64,000 nt of DNA, taken from assembly GCA_949288735.1 (NCBI GenBank), contig CASELE010000007.1, positions 1,737 to 65,736 of the forward strand. The letters are read 5' to 3'. This stretch comes from an uncultured Alistipes sp. (lineage in GTDB: Bacteria; Bacteroidota; Bacteroidia; Bacteroidales; Rikenellaceae). Each line of letters opens with the position of its first letter. Within the stretch, counting starts at the first letter, position 1. A model generated the notes under the pieces. The model searched no databases, was not told where the DNA came from, and saw nothing but the letters and a program-made list of their open reading frames with translations. Both the position numbers and the translations under genes were made by a program. Below, piece after piece: positions 54,075-62,685 of the stretch.

Positions 54075-54845
54075 ATGATCGAAACCAAAGTATCGCAAGG
54101 TATCGTCAATACCTATTTCGAGAAGTTGCAGCGCAATCTCGACCTCGATGTCGCCATCGTGGGCGGCGGTCCGTCGGGCATCGTGGCGGCCTATTATCTG
54201 GCCAAGGCGGGTCTGAAGGTGGCCCAGTTCGACCGCAAGCTTGCCCCGGGCGGCGGGATGTGGGGCGGCGCCATGATGTTCAACCAGATTGTCATCCAGG
54301 AGGAGGCGATGGATATCGTCCGCGAGTTCGGCATCAACTACCGTTTGTTCGAGGACGGGCTCTACGTGATGGACTCGGTGGAGAGCACCTCGTCGCTGCT
54401 CTATCACGCCGTGCATGCCGGCGCCACGATTTTCAACTGCTACTCGGTCGAGGATGTCATCTTCAAGGAGGGCCGTGTCGGAGGCGTGGTGGTGAACTGG
54501 ACGCCCGTGTTGCGTGAGGGACTCCATGTCGATCCGCTCAACATCCTGGCCAAGGTGGTGATCGACGGTACGGGCCATGACAGCGAGATTGCCGCAACGG
54601 TGGCCCGCAAGAACGGCATCCGTCTTGCGACGGATACGGGCGGCGTTATCGGCGAGCGTTCGCTCGATGTCGCGACGGGCGAAGCCGAGGTGGTCAATGG
54701 CACGAAGGAGATCTATCCGGGTCTCTACGTCTGCGGCATGGCGGCATCGGCCGTGTCGGGTACGCCGCGTATGGGCCCGATTTTCGGCGGCATGCTCCTT
54801 TCGGGCAAGAAGGTGGCCGACGAAATCGTCGCCCGCCTGAAGTAG
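54075..54845 (+). CDS. thi4: THI4-type thiazole synthase, non-Cys (His) form
   Basis: GGGPSG, GGGMWGG, GLHVDP, DGTGHD, RMGPIFGGM. Confidence 0.95.
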   Translation: MIETKVSQGIVNTYFEKLQRNLDLDVAIVGGGPSGIVAAYYLAKAGLKVAQFDRKLAPGGGMWGGAMMFNQIVIQEEAMDIVREFGINYRLFEDGLYVMDSVESTSSLLYHAVHAGATIFNCYSVEDVIFKEGRVGGVVVNWTPVLREGLHVDPLNILAKVVIDGTGHDSEIAATVARKNGIRLATDTGGVIGERSLDVATGEAEVVNGTKEIYPGLYVCGMAASAVSGTPRMGPIFGGMLLSGKKVADEIVARLK

Positions 54846-54864
54846 GAAGTTCCTGCCGTGAACC

Positions 54865-54899
54865 GAGGCTCCTCCCGTCGAACGGGAGGAGCCTCTTTC
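54865..54899. terminator. Terminator hairpin after thi4
   Basis: GAGGCTCCTCCCGT-CGA-ACGGGAGGAGCCTC-TTTC. Confidence 0.8.
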
Positions 54900-54902
54900 T
54901 TG

Positions 54903-55547
54903 TCATAGCGGGCACCGTCCGCAGGTGCCGGCCTCTCTCGGCGCCGTTCGTCCGGTGGCGGCACGCAGCCGTTCGAAACGCTGGAGCAGGCCGTCCAGAT
55001 CGTCGGGGCGGTAGTCGTTCCAGAGATACCCCAGTATGGCGGCTCCGCCGAAACCCAGTTCGCGCACCTGCGGCATCCGGTCAGGGTCCACGCCCCCCAG
55101 CGCCATGACACGGGAGTCGATGGTGCCGTGTCGTGCGGCCTCGCGGAGCGTCTGTAGCGGGAAGGCGGCGCGGTAGCCCTGTTTGGAGATGCTGTCGAAC
55201 AGGGGGCTCAGAAACAGATAGTCGCAGCGATTGCGCCAGCGGTCGAGTTCGTCGAGCGAGTGGCACGACCGGCTGACCGGTCCGCGGAACCCTTCGGGCG
55301 GTTCGGGGTTGCGGCCGTTGAGGTGTATGCCGCCTGCCGCTCCCCGCCGGGCCAGCCCGTGGTGGTCGTGCAGCGAGATCCGTGGCCGCAGGCCGGACGG
55401 AATGGCTTCGAGAAGTGCGGCCAGCTCCTCTTCCGAGGCTCCGGGCCTGCGCAGATGCAGCCGATCGGCCCCCGCCTCCAGCAGGGCGGTCAGTGCGCGC
55501 GCCTCGCCGGGCAGCGGCTCCGGAGCGGTGATGACGATGAGGCGCAT
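54903..55547 (-). CDS. Second ThiE/TenI-like paralogue
   Basis: MRLIVIT, LHLRRP, SRSCHSLDE, SPLFDSISKQGY, ALGGV. Confidence 0.88.
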   Translation of the reverse strand: MRLIVITAPEPLPGEARALTALLEAGADRLHLRRPGASEEELAALLEAIPSGLRPRISLHDHHGLARRGAAGGIHLNGRNPEPPEGFRGPVSRSCHSLDELDRWRNRCDYLFLSPLFDSISKQGYRAAFPLQTLREAARHGTIDSRVMALGGVDPDRMPQVRELGFGGAAILGYLWNDYRPDDLDGLLQRFERLRAATGRTAPREAGTCGRCPL

Positions 55548-55552
55548 GACGA

Positions 55553-56365
55553 TCAGCGCTCTTCGGTCGTGAGGCCGGCGAAATGCCACAGCGGTCCGTG
55601 ACCATGGCCGATGCGCAGGTCGCGGGCGGCGGCGATGGCGCGGTCGATGTAGGCCTTGGCGCCGCGTACCGCTTCGGGCAGCGCGAGTCCGCGGCCGAGC
55701 AGGGTCGCGATGGCTGACGACAGGGTGCAACCCGTACCGTGGAGGTTGTGTGTCTCGATGCGGGGGCTGGAGAAACGATAGAGCGTGCCGCCGTCGCACA
55801 GGATGTCGGTCGAGCGCTCCCCGTCCAGATGTCCCCCCTTGATGAGCAGGGCGCAGCCGTAGCGGGCCTGCATCATGCGGGCCGCCTCCTCCGCTTCGGC
55901 AAGGGTGCGTAGCGGCGAGCCTGCCAGGACGACGGCTTCGTCGAGGTTGGGTGTCGCCACGCGGCAGCGGGGCATCAGCTCGCGGCAGAGCGCCTCCACG
56001 GCGTCGGTGCGGGTGAGCGAGTGGCCGCTGGTGGATACCATCACGGGGTCGAGCACCACGGGGGCGTCGCCGCAACGGTCGAGTCCGCGGGCGACGGCTT
56101 CGATGATTCCGGCCGTGCCGGTCATGCCGATCTTCACGGCGCGCGGTCCGAGATCTTCGGCCACGGCTTCGATCTGGTCCCGGACCATTTCGGGCCGCAG
56201 ATATTCGACATCGCGTACGCCGCAGGTATTCTGTACGGTGACGGCGGTCAGTGCGGCGGCTGCATAGCCACCCAGGGCCGAGATGCTCTTGATGTCGGCC
56301 TGTATGCCGGCGCCGCCCGAGGGATCGGAGCCGGCAATGGCGAGAATGACGGGAGGGGTATTCAT
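55553..56365 (-). CDS. thiD: Hydroxymethylpyrimidine/phosphomethylpyrimidine kinase
   Basis: IAGSDPSGGAGIQAD, VLDPVM, TPNLDE, KGGH, HGTGCTLS. Confidence 0.96.
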   Translation of the reverse strand: MNTPPVILAIAGSDPSGGAGIQADIKSISALGGYAAAALTAVTVQNTCGVRDVEYLRPEMVRDQIEAVAEDLGPRAVKIGMTGTAGIIEAVARGLDRCGDAPVVLDPVMVSTSGHSLTRTDAVEALCRELMPRCRVATPNLDEAVVLAGSPLRTLAEAEEAARMMQARYGCALLIKGGHLDGERSTDILCDGGTLYRFSSPRIETHNLHGTGCTLSSAIATLLGRGLALPEAVRGAKAYIDRAIAAARDLRIGHGHGPLWHFAGLTTEER

Positions 56366-58104
56366 GGTTCGAGCAGTTCGAAGGTTCCTTTCCATACGTT
56401 TCGGTTGCCGCAGGCGTCGCGCACCTCGAGGCGGGCGACGTGGGTGCCGGGCGCCAGCGCAGAGTCGAGCTCGTGGCGGGCCGTCCCCTGCATCGGATAG
56501 CGGTCGCAGGCGACCCAGCGGCCGTCGATGTGGAGGTCGCACGAGACGATGCCCGAGAAGTTGTCTCTCACGCGGAAGCGGAGCGTTCCGGCCGGAGCGA
56601 TACGGGCGCCGTCGGCGAAGAGCGGCCTGATGGCGGGGGCTGCCGTGTCGGCCACGATAAGGACGTCGCCCGTCCTGGTCGTGCGGGCCGTGAGACACCC
56701 CTCTTCGTAGTCGCCGCCTGCCGCGACGAGTCTCCCCCGGCGGTCGACGACGGCCAGGGTCGCATGGGGTTGCAGTTCTTCGGGTATGTAGGCCCGGATG
56801 CGGAGAGTCGCCGCCCGGTGGAGCGGGATGTCGGGGCTCAGGAAGCGATAGCGCGGCGTGAGCGGCACCACCCCGTCGGCGGCGGGTGCCGGGTCGTCGA
56901 TACGGCGCGGCCGGACGAACAGCGATTCGTAGAGCGTGCCGGCCGGAAGCGTGAGCGAGGCTTCGCCGGCATGCAGGGTGCAGGTGCGCTGCCGGTCGCA
57001 GATCGCTGCATCGGATTCCGTATCGATGCGGCGTGCCTTGCGGCCGCGGATGTCGCACTCGAGGATCGAGCAGTTGCCGCAATCGTCCTCCACCTCGATG
57101 CGGATGCGCCGCGTCCGGCCCTCGTCGGCGCCTATGGCGCCGCGGTCGCGGAGCAGCGTGTAGAAGTCGGGGCAGCTCCCCTCGACGGCGGCCAGACGGA
57201 GAACCTCGCAACGGGCTCCGTTCTGGAGCGGATAGTGGGCCACGGCGTTGCAGTAGCGTGTCCGGTCGAAGGCGAAGCCATCCATGCGGTATTCGAACAG
57301 CGGCACCCCGTCGGCGTACATCGTTACGCGGTAGAGCCCGAACCGGTTGCCGACGCCGTTGCGGCGGTCCGTCGCTTCGAGTACGAGAAAGCCGTCGGGG
57401 CCGACCGGCATGGGGCCTTCGTCGGCAAGACGGTAGTCGCCCTGGGGCCGTTGTACGGCATCGCGGGCCCAACGTTCGGCGTGGATCGGGACTCCGCGTA
57501 CGGTGTCGGTCTCGAAGTAGCGCAGCCGCAGGATGCGCGGTGCGATCCGGTCTTCGGGCCGGATGATGCCCAGCCGTACGGTGTTGAGGGTGCGTTGCGT
57601 GGCCGTCTCGTGGATTTCGTAGTGGAGGTGCGGCCCGAACGAGGAGCCGCTGTTGCCCGAGTAGGCGATCGTGTCGCCCTGCCGTACGGGAAAACGGTCG
57701 GCGTCGTACCACAGATCGATGCGGTTGCGGCGCAGCCGTTCGCGTTCGCACCGGACACTCCGTTCGATGTCGTCGCGGAAGCGGGATATGTGGCCGTAGA
57801 CGGCCGTCGTACCGTTGTCGAGGGCGAGGTAGAGAGCTCTTCCGTAGCCCGAGGGGCTCACGGCGATGCGGGCGACGTAGCCGTCAGACACGGCGACCAG
57901 CGGCTTGCCCTCCACACCGTCGGTCTTGATGTCCACCCCCGAATGGAAGTGGTCGGGCCGCATCTCGCCGAAACTGGCGGCGTAGAGCCCTGCCACGTCG
58001 CATACGGGGTAGATGTAGTCCGCCGGGTCGGGACTCTGGGCCCGGGCCGCACGGGGTATGCCGGCCCAGAGGACGGCTGCCAGTATCAAAAGAAATCGCT
58101 CCAT
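56362..58104 (-). CDS. M23-family metallopeptidase, exported
   Basis: Signal peptide; HFHSGVD, YGHI, PHLHYEI. Confidence 0.9.
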   Translation of the reverse strand: MERFLLILAAVLWAGIPRAARAQSPDPADYIYPVCDVAGLYAASFGEMRPDHFHSGVDIKTDGVEGKPLVAVSDGYVARIAVSPSGYGRALYLALDNGTTAVYGHISRFRDDIERSVRCERERLRRNRIDLWYDADRFPVRQGDTIAYSGNSGSSFGPHLHYEIHETATQRTLNTVRLGIIRPEDRIAPRILRLRYFETDTVRGVPIHAERWARDAVQRPQGDYRLADEGPMPVGPDGFLVLEATDRRNGVGNRFGLYRVTMYADGVPLFEYRMDGFAFDRTRYCNAVAHYPLQNGARCEVLRLAAVEGSCPDFYTLLRDRGAIGADEGRTRRIRIEVEDDCGNCSILECDIRGRKARRIDTESDAAICDRQRTCTLHAGEASLTLPAGTLYESLFVRPRRIDDPAPAADGVVPLTPRYRFLSPDIPLHRAATLRIRAYIPEELQPHATLAVVDRRGRLVAAGGDYEEGCLTARTTRTGDVLIVADTAAPAIRPLFADGARIAPAGTLRFRVRDNFSGIVSCDLHIDGRWVACDRYPMQGTARHELDSALAPGTHVARLEVRDACGNRNVWKGTFELLEP

Positions 58105-58604
58105 TCCGTCTCCTCCTCGTCTCCGGCCGTCAGCTCCTCTACCGCGTCGCGTACGCTGCCGAATGCGTATCCGAGCGAGAGGCCGTAGCGCAGCAGCTTC
58201 TCCTTGCGGTCGCGCGAGGTGACGGCGCGGAGCGTGCGGTTGCGGCGCTGCAGCCGTTCGCGCAGCCTTTCGGCCGCAGCGGCGGGATCAAGGGCCGCGA
58301 GGGCCGTATCGATCAGTTGCTGGTCCAGGCCCTTGCGTTGCAGGGCCGTGCGTATCTTGTAGGCGCCCCAGCCTCCGAGCCGGCTCTTCTCGCGGACGAA
58401 GGCTTCGGCATAGCGCGCATCGTCGATGAAGCGCCCCGCTGTCAGCTTGCGTAGCACCTCGGCACGGTCCGTTTCGGGTACGTCCCAGGTGCGCATCAGC
58501 CGCAGGGCGTCGCCCGACGAACGTTCGGCTCTGGCGCATAGCCTCATGAGGGCGGCGAGCGCTTCGTCGGCACTCTTCGCCTTTCTTTCGCGGGGTGTCT
58601 TCAT
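58086..58604 (-). CDS. recX: Regulatory protein RecX
   Basis: LCARAERS, FIDDARYA, WGAYKI..L..KG, LLRYG. Confidence 0.88.
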   Translation of the reverse strand: MKTPRERKAKSADEALAALMRLCARAERSSGDALRLMRTWDVPETDRAEVLRKLTAGRFIDDARYAEAFVREKSRLGGWGAYKIRTALQRKGLDQQLIDTALAALDPAAAAERLRERLQRRNRTLRAVTSRDRKEKLLRYGLSLGYAFGSVRDAVEELTAGDEEETEWSDFF

Positions 58605-59548
58605 CGGTCGAGTCGTGCGCACAGCATGCGGGGTTTGTCGAGAAAATCGCGGCGGATCCGGCACTCTGCATAGCCTTCGGCCGTCAGCAGCGCACGGGTC
58701 TCTTCGGCGAGATTTTCATGAAGCTCGAACCAGAGCCTTCCGCCCGGGAGAAGCAGCTTCCGGGCAGCATGGGCGATGGTCCGGTAGAAGAGCAGCGGGT
58801 CGTCGTCGGGGACGAAGAGCGCTTCGGCGGGTTCGTATTCGGTGACGTTGCGGTGCATCGCCTGGCGCTCCGCAACGGGTATGTAGGGCGGATTGGAGAC
58901 TATCGCGTCGAAACCTCCGCCGAAAGCCCCGGCAAGCGACGGTGCCTCTCTGCCGCCGGCTGCCGCTGAGGCCTCCTCCTTCAGGGCGTCGGCCCGACGG
59001 AAGACGACCTGAAGCCCGAGTGCCTCGGCATTGGCCCGGGCCGTTTCGATCGCCCGGGGCGACAGATCGGCGCCGCAGATTTCGGTGTCGGGCAGCAGCC
59101 GTTTCAGCGCGAGGGCTATGCATCCGCTTCCGCATCCTACGTCGAGCAGTCGGCGGGGGCGTGGCGGGGTCGCGGCAATCCATTGTACCAGTTCTTCGGT
59201 CTCCGGCCGGGGAATCAGCACCCCTTCGCGGACGGAGAGACGCATGCCGCAGAAGTCGGCCGCTCCGACGACATATTGCAGCGGTCGTCCGGCGGCCAGC
59301 TCCTTCAGGTCGGCATCGAGCCGGGCGACGAGCGGCCGAGCGAGCGTGGCGGTCGCGTCGGCAAGTAGGGCGGCCGGTTCGACGCCGCTCCGTTCGGCAA
59401 GCAGGAGCAGGGCGATCTGCCGCGCCTCATGTTCGTCGTAGAGCGTACCGAGTGCCGCGGCCAGGCGGTGCAGCGTCGAACGCCGCGTGGCCGGCGCGGG
59501 GGCCGGTGCGTCGGAGCGGAGCGTTGTCTGGGTTTCGGTGCGGGACAT
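58601..59548 (-). CDS. prmC: Release-factor glutamine methyltransferase
   Basis: PLQY, VLIPRPETEEL, LDVGCGSG, SNPPY. Confidence 0.95.
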   Translation of the reverse strand: MSRTETQTTLRSDAPAPAPATRRSTLHRLAAALGTLYDEHEARQIALLLLAERSGVEPAALLADATATLARPLVARLDADLKELAAGRPLQYVVGAADFCGMRLSVREGVLIPRPETEELVQWIAATPPRPRRLLDVGCGSGCIALALKRLLPDTEICGADLSPRAIETARANAEALGLQVVFRRADALKEEASAAAGGREAPSLAGAFGGGFDAIVSNPPYIPVAERQAMHRNVTEYEPAEALFVPDDDPLLFYRTIAHAARKLLLPGGRLWFELHENLAEETRALLTAEGYAECRIRRDFLDKPRMLCARLDR

Positions 59549-59553
59549 GGGTG

Positions 59554-60525
59554 TCAGAGCATGAGATCGGCCAGGGCGACGGCCATGGCCGCTTCGACGA
59601 CCACGCCGCAACGCAGGGCGATGCAGGCATCGTGGCGTCCTTCGATGACGAGCGGTTCCATGCGTCCGGCGGAAAAGTCGAAGGTATGCTGCGTGCGGGC
59701 GATACTGGGGGTAGGCTTCACCGCCACGCGCACGACGAGTTCGTTGCCGTTGGCGATACCGCCGTTGATGCCGCCGTCGTGATTGGTCGCCGTGCGGCCT
59801 TCGGCGTCGACTATGGGATCGTTGTACTGCGAGCCGCGCATGCGGCTGCCGGCGAATCCGGCGCCGAACTCCACCCCTTTCACGGCCGGTATGGCGAAAA
59901 GCAGCCGGGCGGCGACGCTCTCCACCGCACCGAAGAGCGGTTCGCCCGTACCGGCCGGAACCCCCGTGATGCGGCATTCGACGACGCCGCCTACCGAGTC
60001 GCCCGCCGCACGGGCGGCCTCCACGGTTTCGGCGAAACGGGCCGGGGTGCATAGGCCGCCCACCTCTGTCAGGCAGGTGCGGAAGCGGAGCTGCGGCAGA
60101 CAGCGTTTCGCGACGACTCCGGCCGCCACGAGAGCTACAGTAAGTCGTCCCGAGAGATGTCCCCCGCCGCGCGGATCGTTGAATCCGTGCCATTTGATCC
60201 GGGCCGTCCGGTCGGCGTGCGACGGCCTGCAGTGCTCCGTCAGTGAGCGGTAGTCCTCCGGGCGGGTGTCCGTGTTGGCGAAGAGAATGGTGAGCGGTGC
60301 ACCTGTCGTATGGCCCTGCCAGAGGCCCGAGACGATCTGCGGTTCGTCCCTTTCGCGGCGTGCCGTCGTCCCCGGCGCGCCGGCGCGCCGGCGCGCGAGG
60401 TCGTCGCGGAAGTCGTCGGCCGAGAGGGGGATGCCCGCCGGCACGCCGTCGATCGCGATGCCGACCATCGGCCCGTGCGATTCGCCCCACAGGGTGATGC
60501 GGAAACGTTCGCCTGCGCTGTTCAT
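59554..60525 (-). CDS. aroC: Chorismate synthase
   Basis: GESHG, RPSHAD, GGHLSGR, GGINGG, KPTPSI, RHD. Confidence 0.96.
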   Translation of the reverse strand: MNSAGERFRITLWGESHGPMVGIAIDGVPAGIPLSADDFRDDLARRRAGAPGTTARRERDEPQIVSGLWQGHTTGAPLTILFANTDTRPEDYRSLTEHCRPSHADRTARIKWHGFNDPRGGGHLSGRLTVALVAAGVVAKRCLPQLRFRTCLTEVGGLCTPARFAETVEAARAAGDSVGGVVECRITGVPAGTGEPLFGAVESVAARLLFAIPAVKGVEFGAGFAGSRMRGSQYNDPIVDAEGRTATNHDGGINGGIANGNELVVRVAVKPTPSIARTQHTFDFSAGRMEPLVIEGRHDACIALRCGVVVEAAMAVALADLML

Positions 60526-61769
60526 TCGGAAATACGTATCGTTTCGAGGTCGTCGAAGAAGGCGGGGTAACTCTTCGTCACGCATTCGGCCTCCTCGATC
60601 GTCACGGGCCCGTCGGCCCGCAGTGCGGCTACGGCGAGCGACATGGCGATGCGATGGTCGCCGCATGCCGAGACGTGTCCGCCGCGGATGCGTCCGCCGC
60701 GGATGAGCATCGTCTCCTCGTCCGGAAGGTCCACCTCGATGCCGAGGCGTCCGTATTGCGTGCGGATGCTCTCCGCGCGGTCGCTCTCCTTGTGGCGGAG
60801 CCGGTGCGTGCCGCGCAGTACGCTCACCCCCTCGGCCGCGGCGGCGAGGGCGGCGAGGGCGGGGAAGAGGTCGGGGCATTGCGTGGCGTCGAACTCGAAG
60901 GCGCGCAGCGGCCGCCGCTCGACAGTGATGCGGTCCGTTTCGCAGACGAGGCCCGCGCCGGCCCGTTCGAGGGCCCTGCATACGGCCGTGTCGGCCTGCT
61001 TCGAGAGGGCGGATATGGAACGGACCTCGACCGTGCCGGCCGTGGCTCCGGCCGCCAGCAGCATCGCTGCGGCACTCCAGTCTCCCTCGATATCGAAACG
61101 GACGGGCTCGTAACGCTGGTTGCCCGGGACGAAGAACTCTTCGTAGCCCTGATGGTCGATTTCGATGCCGAAGCGTTCCGCCGTCGCGATCGTGATGTCT
61201 ATGTAAGGAACCGATACGGGATCGCTGACCCGCAGCGTCGTGTCGTGGCGGGCCAGCGGCAGCGCCAGCAGCAGCCCCGTGACGAACTGCGACGAGACGG
61301 ACCCGTCGACCGTCGCCTCGCCGCCGAGCAGCGGTCCGCAGACCTGCAGGGGCAGGTGGCCGCCCCGCTCCTCGATGCGGGCGCCGAGCGTGCGGAGCGG
61401 TTCGAGTATAGCATCCATCGGGCGGGCGAGGAGCGTGCCCCGGCCCTCGATGCGGAGCGGTTCGGGGCAGAGCGCGGCGATGGGGGTGAAGAGACGCGAG
61501 GCGAGCCCCGATTCACCCACCTGGAGGGTATGGCTGCGGGGCGCCAGTCCTCCGTCGACGAAGAGCGTTTCGCCTTCGCGGTGGGTGCGTGCCCCGAGCG
61601 TCTCGATGCAGCCGAGTGTCGAGAGGGTGTCGTCGCAGAAGCCGATGCGATGCAGCTCGGAGCGGCCTTCGGCCAGGAGCGCGGCGGCCAGTGCCCGCTG
61701 GGCATAGCTTTTGGAGCAGGGGGGCGTGATGACGCCCCGTATGCTGCCCGGAATGACGGTTCGGTCCAC
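60522..61769 (-). CDS. aroA: EPSP synthase (GTG start)
   Basis: SKSYAQR, ESGLASR, SSQFVTG, DLFP, LRHKESDR, DHRIAM. Confidence 0.96.
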   Translation of the reverse strand: MDRTVIPGSIRGVITPPCSKSYAQRALAAALLAEGRSELHRIGFCDDTLSTLGCIETLGARTHREGETLFVDGGLAPRSHTLQVGESGLASRLFTPIAALCPEPLRIEGRGTLLARPMDAILEPLRTLGARIEERGGHLPLQVCGPLLGGEATVDGSVSSQFVTGLLLALPLARHDTTLRVSDPVSVPYIDITIATAERFGIEIDHQGYEEFFVPGNQRYEPVRFDIEGDWSAAAMLLAAGATAGTVEVRSISALSKQADTAVCRALERAGAGLVCETDRITVERRPLRAFEFDATQCPDLFPALAALAAAAEGVSVLRGTHRLRHKESDRAESIRTQYGRLGIEVDLPDEETMLIRGGRIRGGHVSACGDHRIAMSLAVAALRADGPVTIEEAECVTKSYPAFFDDLETIRISE

Positions 61770-61790
61770 GGTCTGTAATCGGGATTTAGG

Positions 61791-62567
61791 CTATTCGCCC
61801 TTGAGCATCTCCTGCGTGCGCTGGTGGCTCTTCTTGAGCTCGAAGTGCTGTCCGAGGTAGACCTTGCGGACCATCGGGTCGGCGGCCAGCTCTTCGGCCG
61901 TGCCGGTCTTGAGAATCTTGCCTTCGTAGAGCAGGTAGGTGCGGTCTGTGATGGCGAGCGTCTCGTCCACGTTGTGGTCGGTGATGATCACGCCGATGTT
62001 CTTGTGCTTGAGCGTGGCGACGATCGACTGGATATCCTCCACGGCGATGGGGTCGACACCGGCAAAGGGCTCGTCGAGCAGTATGAAGGCGGGGTTGATG
62101 GCTACCGCGCGGGCGATCTCGGTACGTCGCCGTTCGCCGCCCGAGAGCTGGATGCCCAAACTCTTGCGTACGTGCTGGAGACGGAATTCGTTGAGCAGCG
62201 CCTCGACGCGGTCGCGCTGGTACTCCTTCGAGTAGTCGGTCATCTGGAGTACGGAGCGGATGTTGTCCTCGACCGAGAGGCGGCGGAAGACGGAGGCCTC
62301 CTGTGCCAGGTAGCCCACGCCGAGCTGGGCGCGGCGATAGACGGGCAGTTTCGTGAGTTCGGATACCTGCCCCTCGTCGTTCTCGAGAAATATCTTCCCC
62401 TCGTTGGGGGTGATGAGTCCCACGATCATGTAGAACGTGGTGGTCTTGCCGGCTCCGTTGGGGCCCAGCAGACCGACGATTTCGCCCTGGCGGACATCGA
62501 TCGACACGTGGTTCACGACCGTACGGGCCTTGTATTTCTTGACGAGTTCGCTCGTGTACAGCCTCAT
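61791..62567 (-). CDS. lptB: LPS export ABC ATPase
   Basis: GPNGAGKTT, LSGGERRR, DEPFAGVDP, TDHNV. Confidence 0.96.
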   Translation of the reverse strand: MRLYTSELVKKYKARTVVNHVSIDVRQGEIVGLLGPNGAGKTTTFYMIVGLITPNEGKIFLENDEGQVSELTKLPVYRRAQLGVGYLAQEASVFRRLSVEDNIRSVLQMTDYSKEYQRDRVEALLNEFRLQHVRKSLGIQLSGGERRRTEIARAVAINPAFILLDEPFAGVDPIAVEDIQSIVATLKHKNIGVIITDHNVDETLAITDRTYLLYEGKILKTGTAEELAADPMVRKVYLGQHFELKKSHQRTQEMLKGE

Positions 62568-62685
62568 GTTATTTTTGCGTAAAATTTCTACAAAGTTAGG
62601 TTTTTTCCGCGGAAATAACTATCTTTACATGGAATTTTGCGTTCGAGGGGCGTTCTGAAGCGTCCGGAATAAATAAGGAGTGGAG

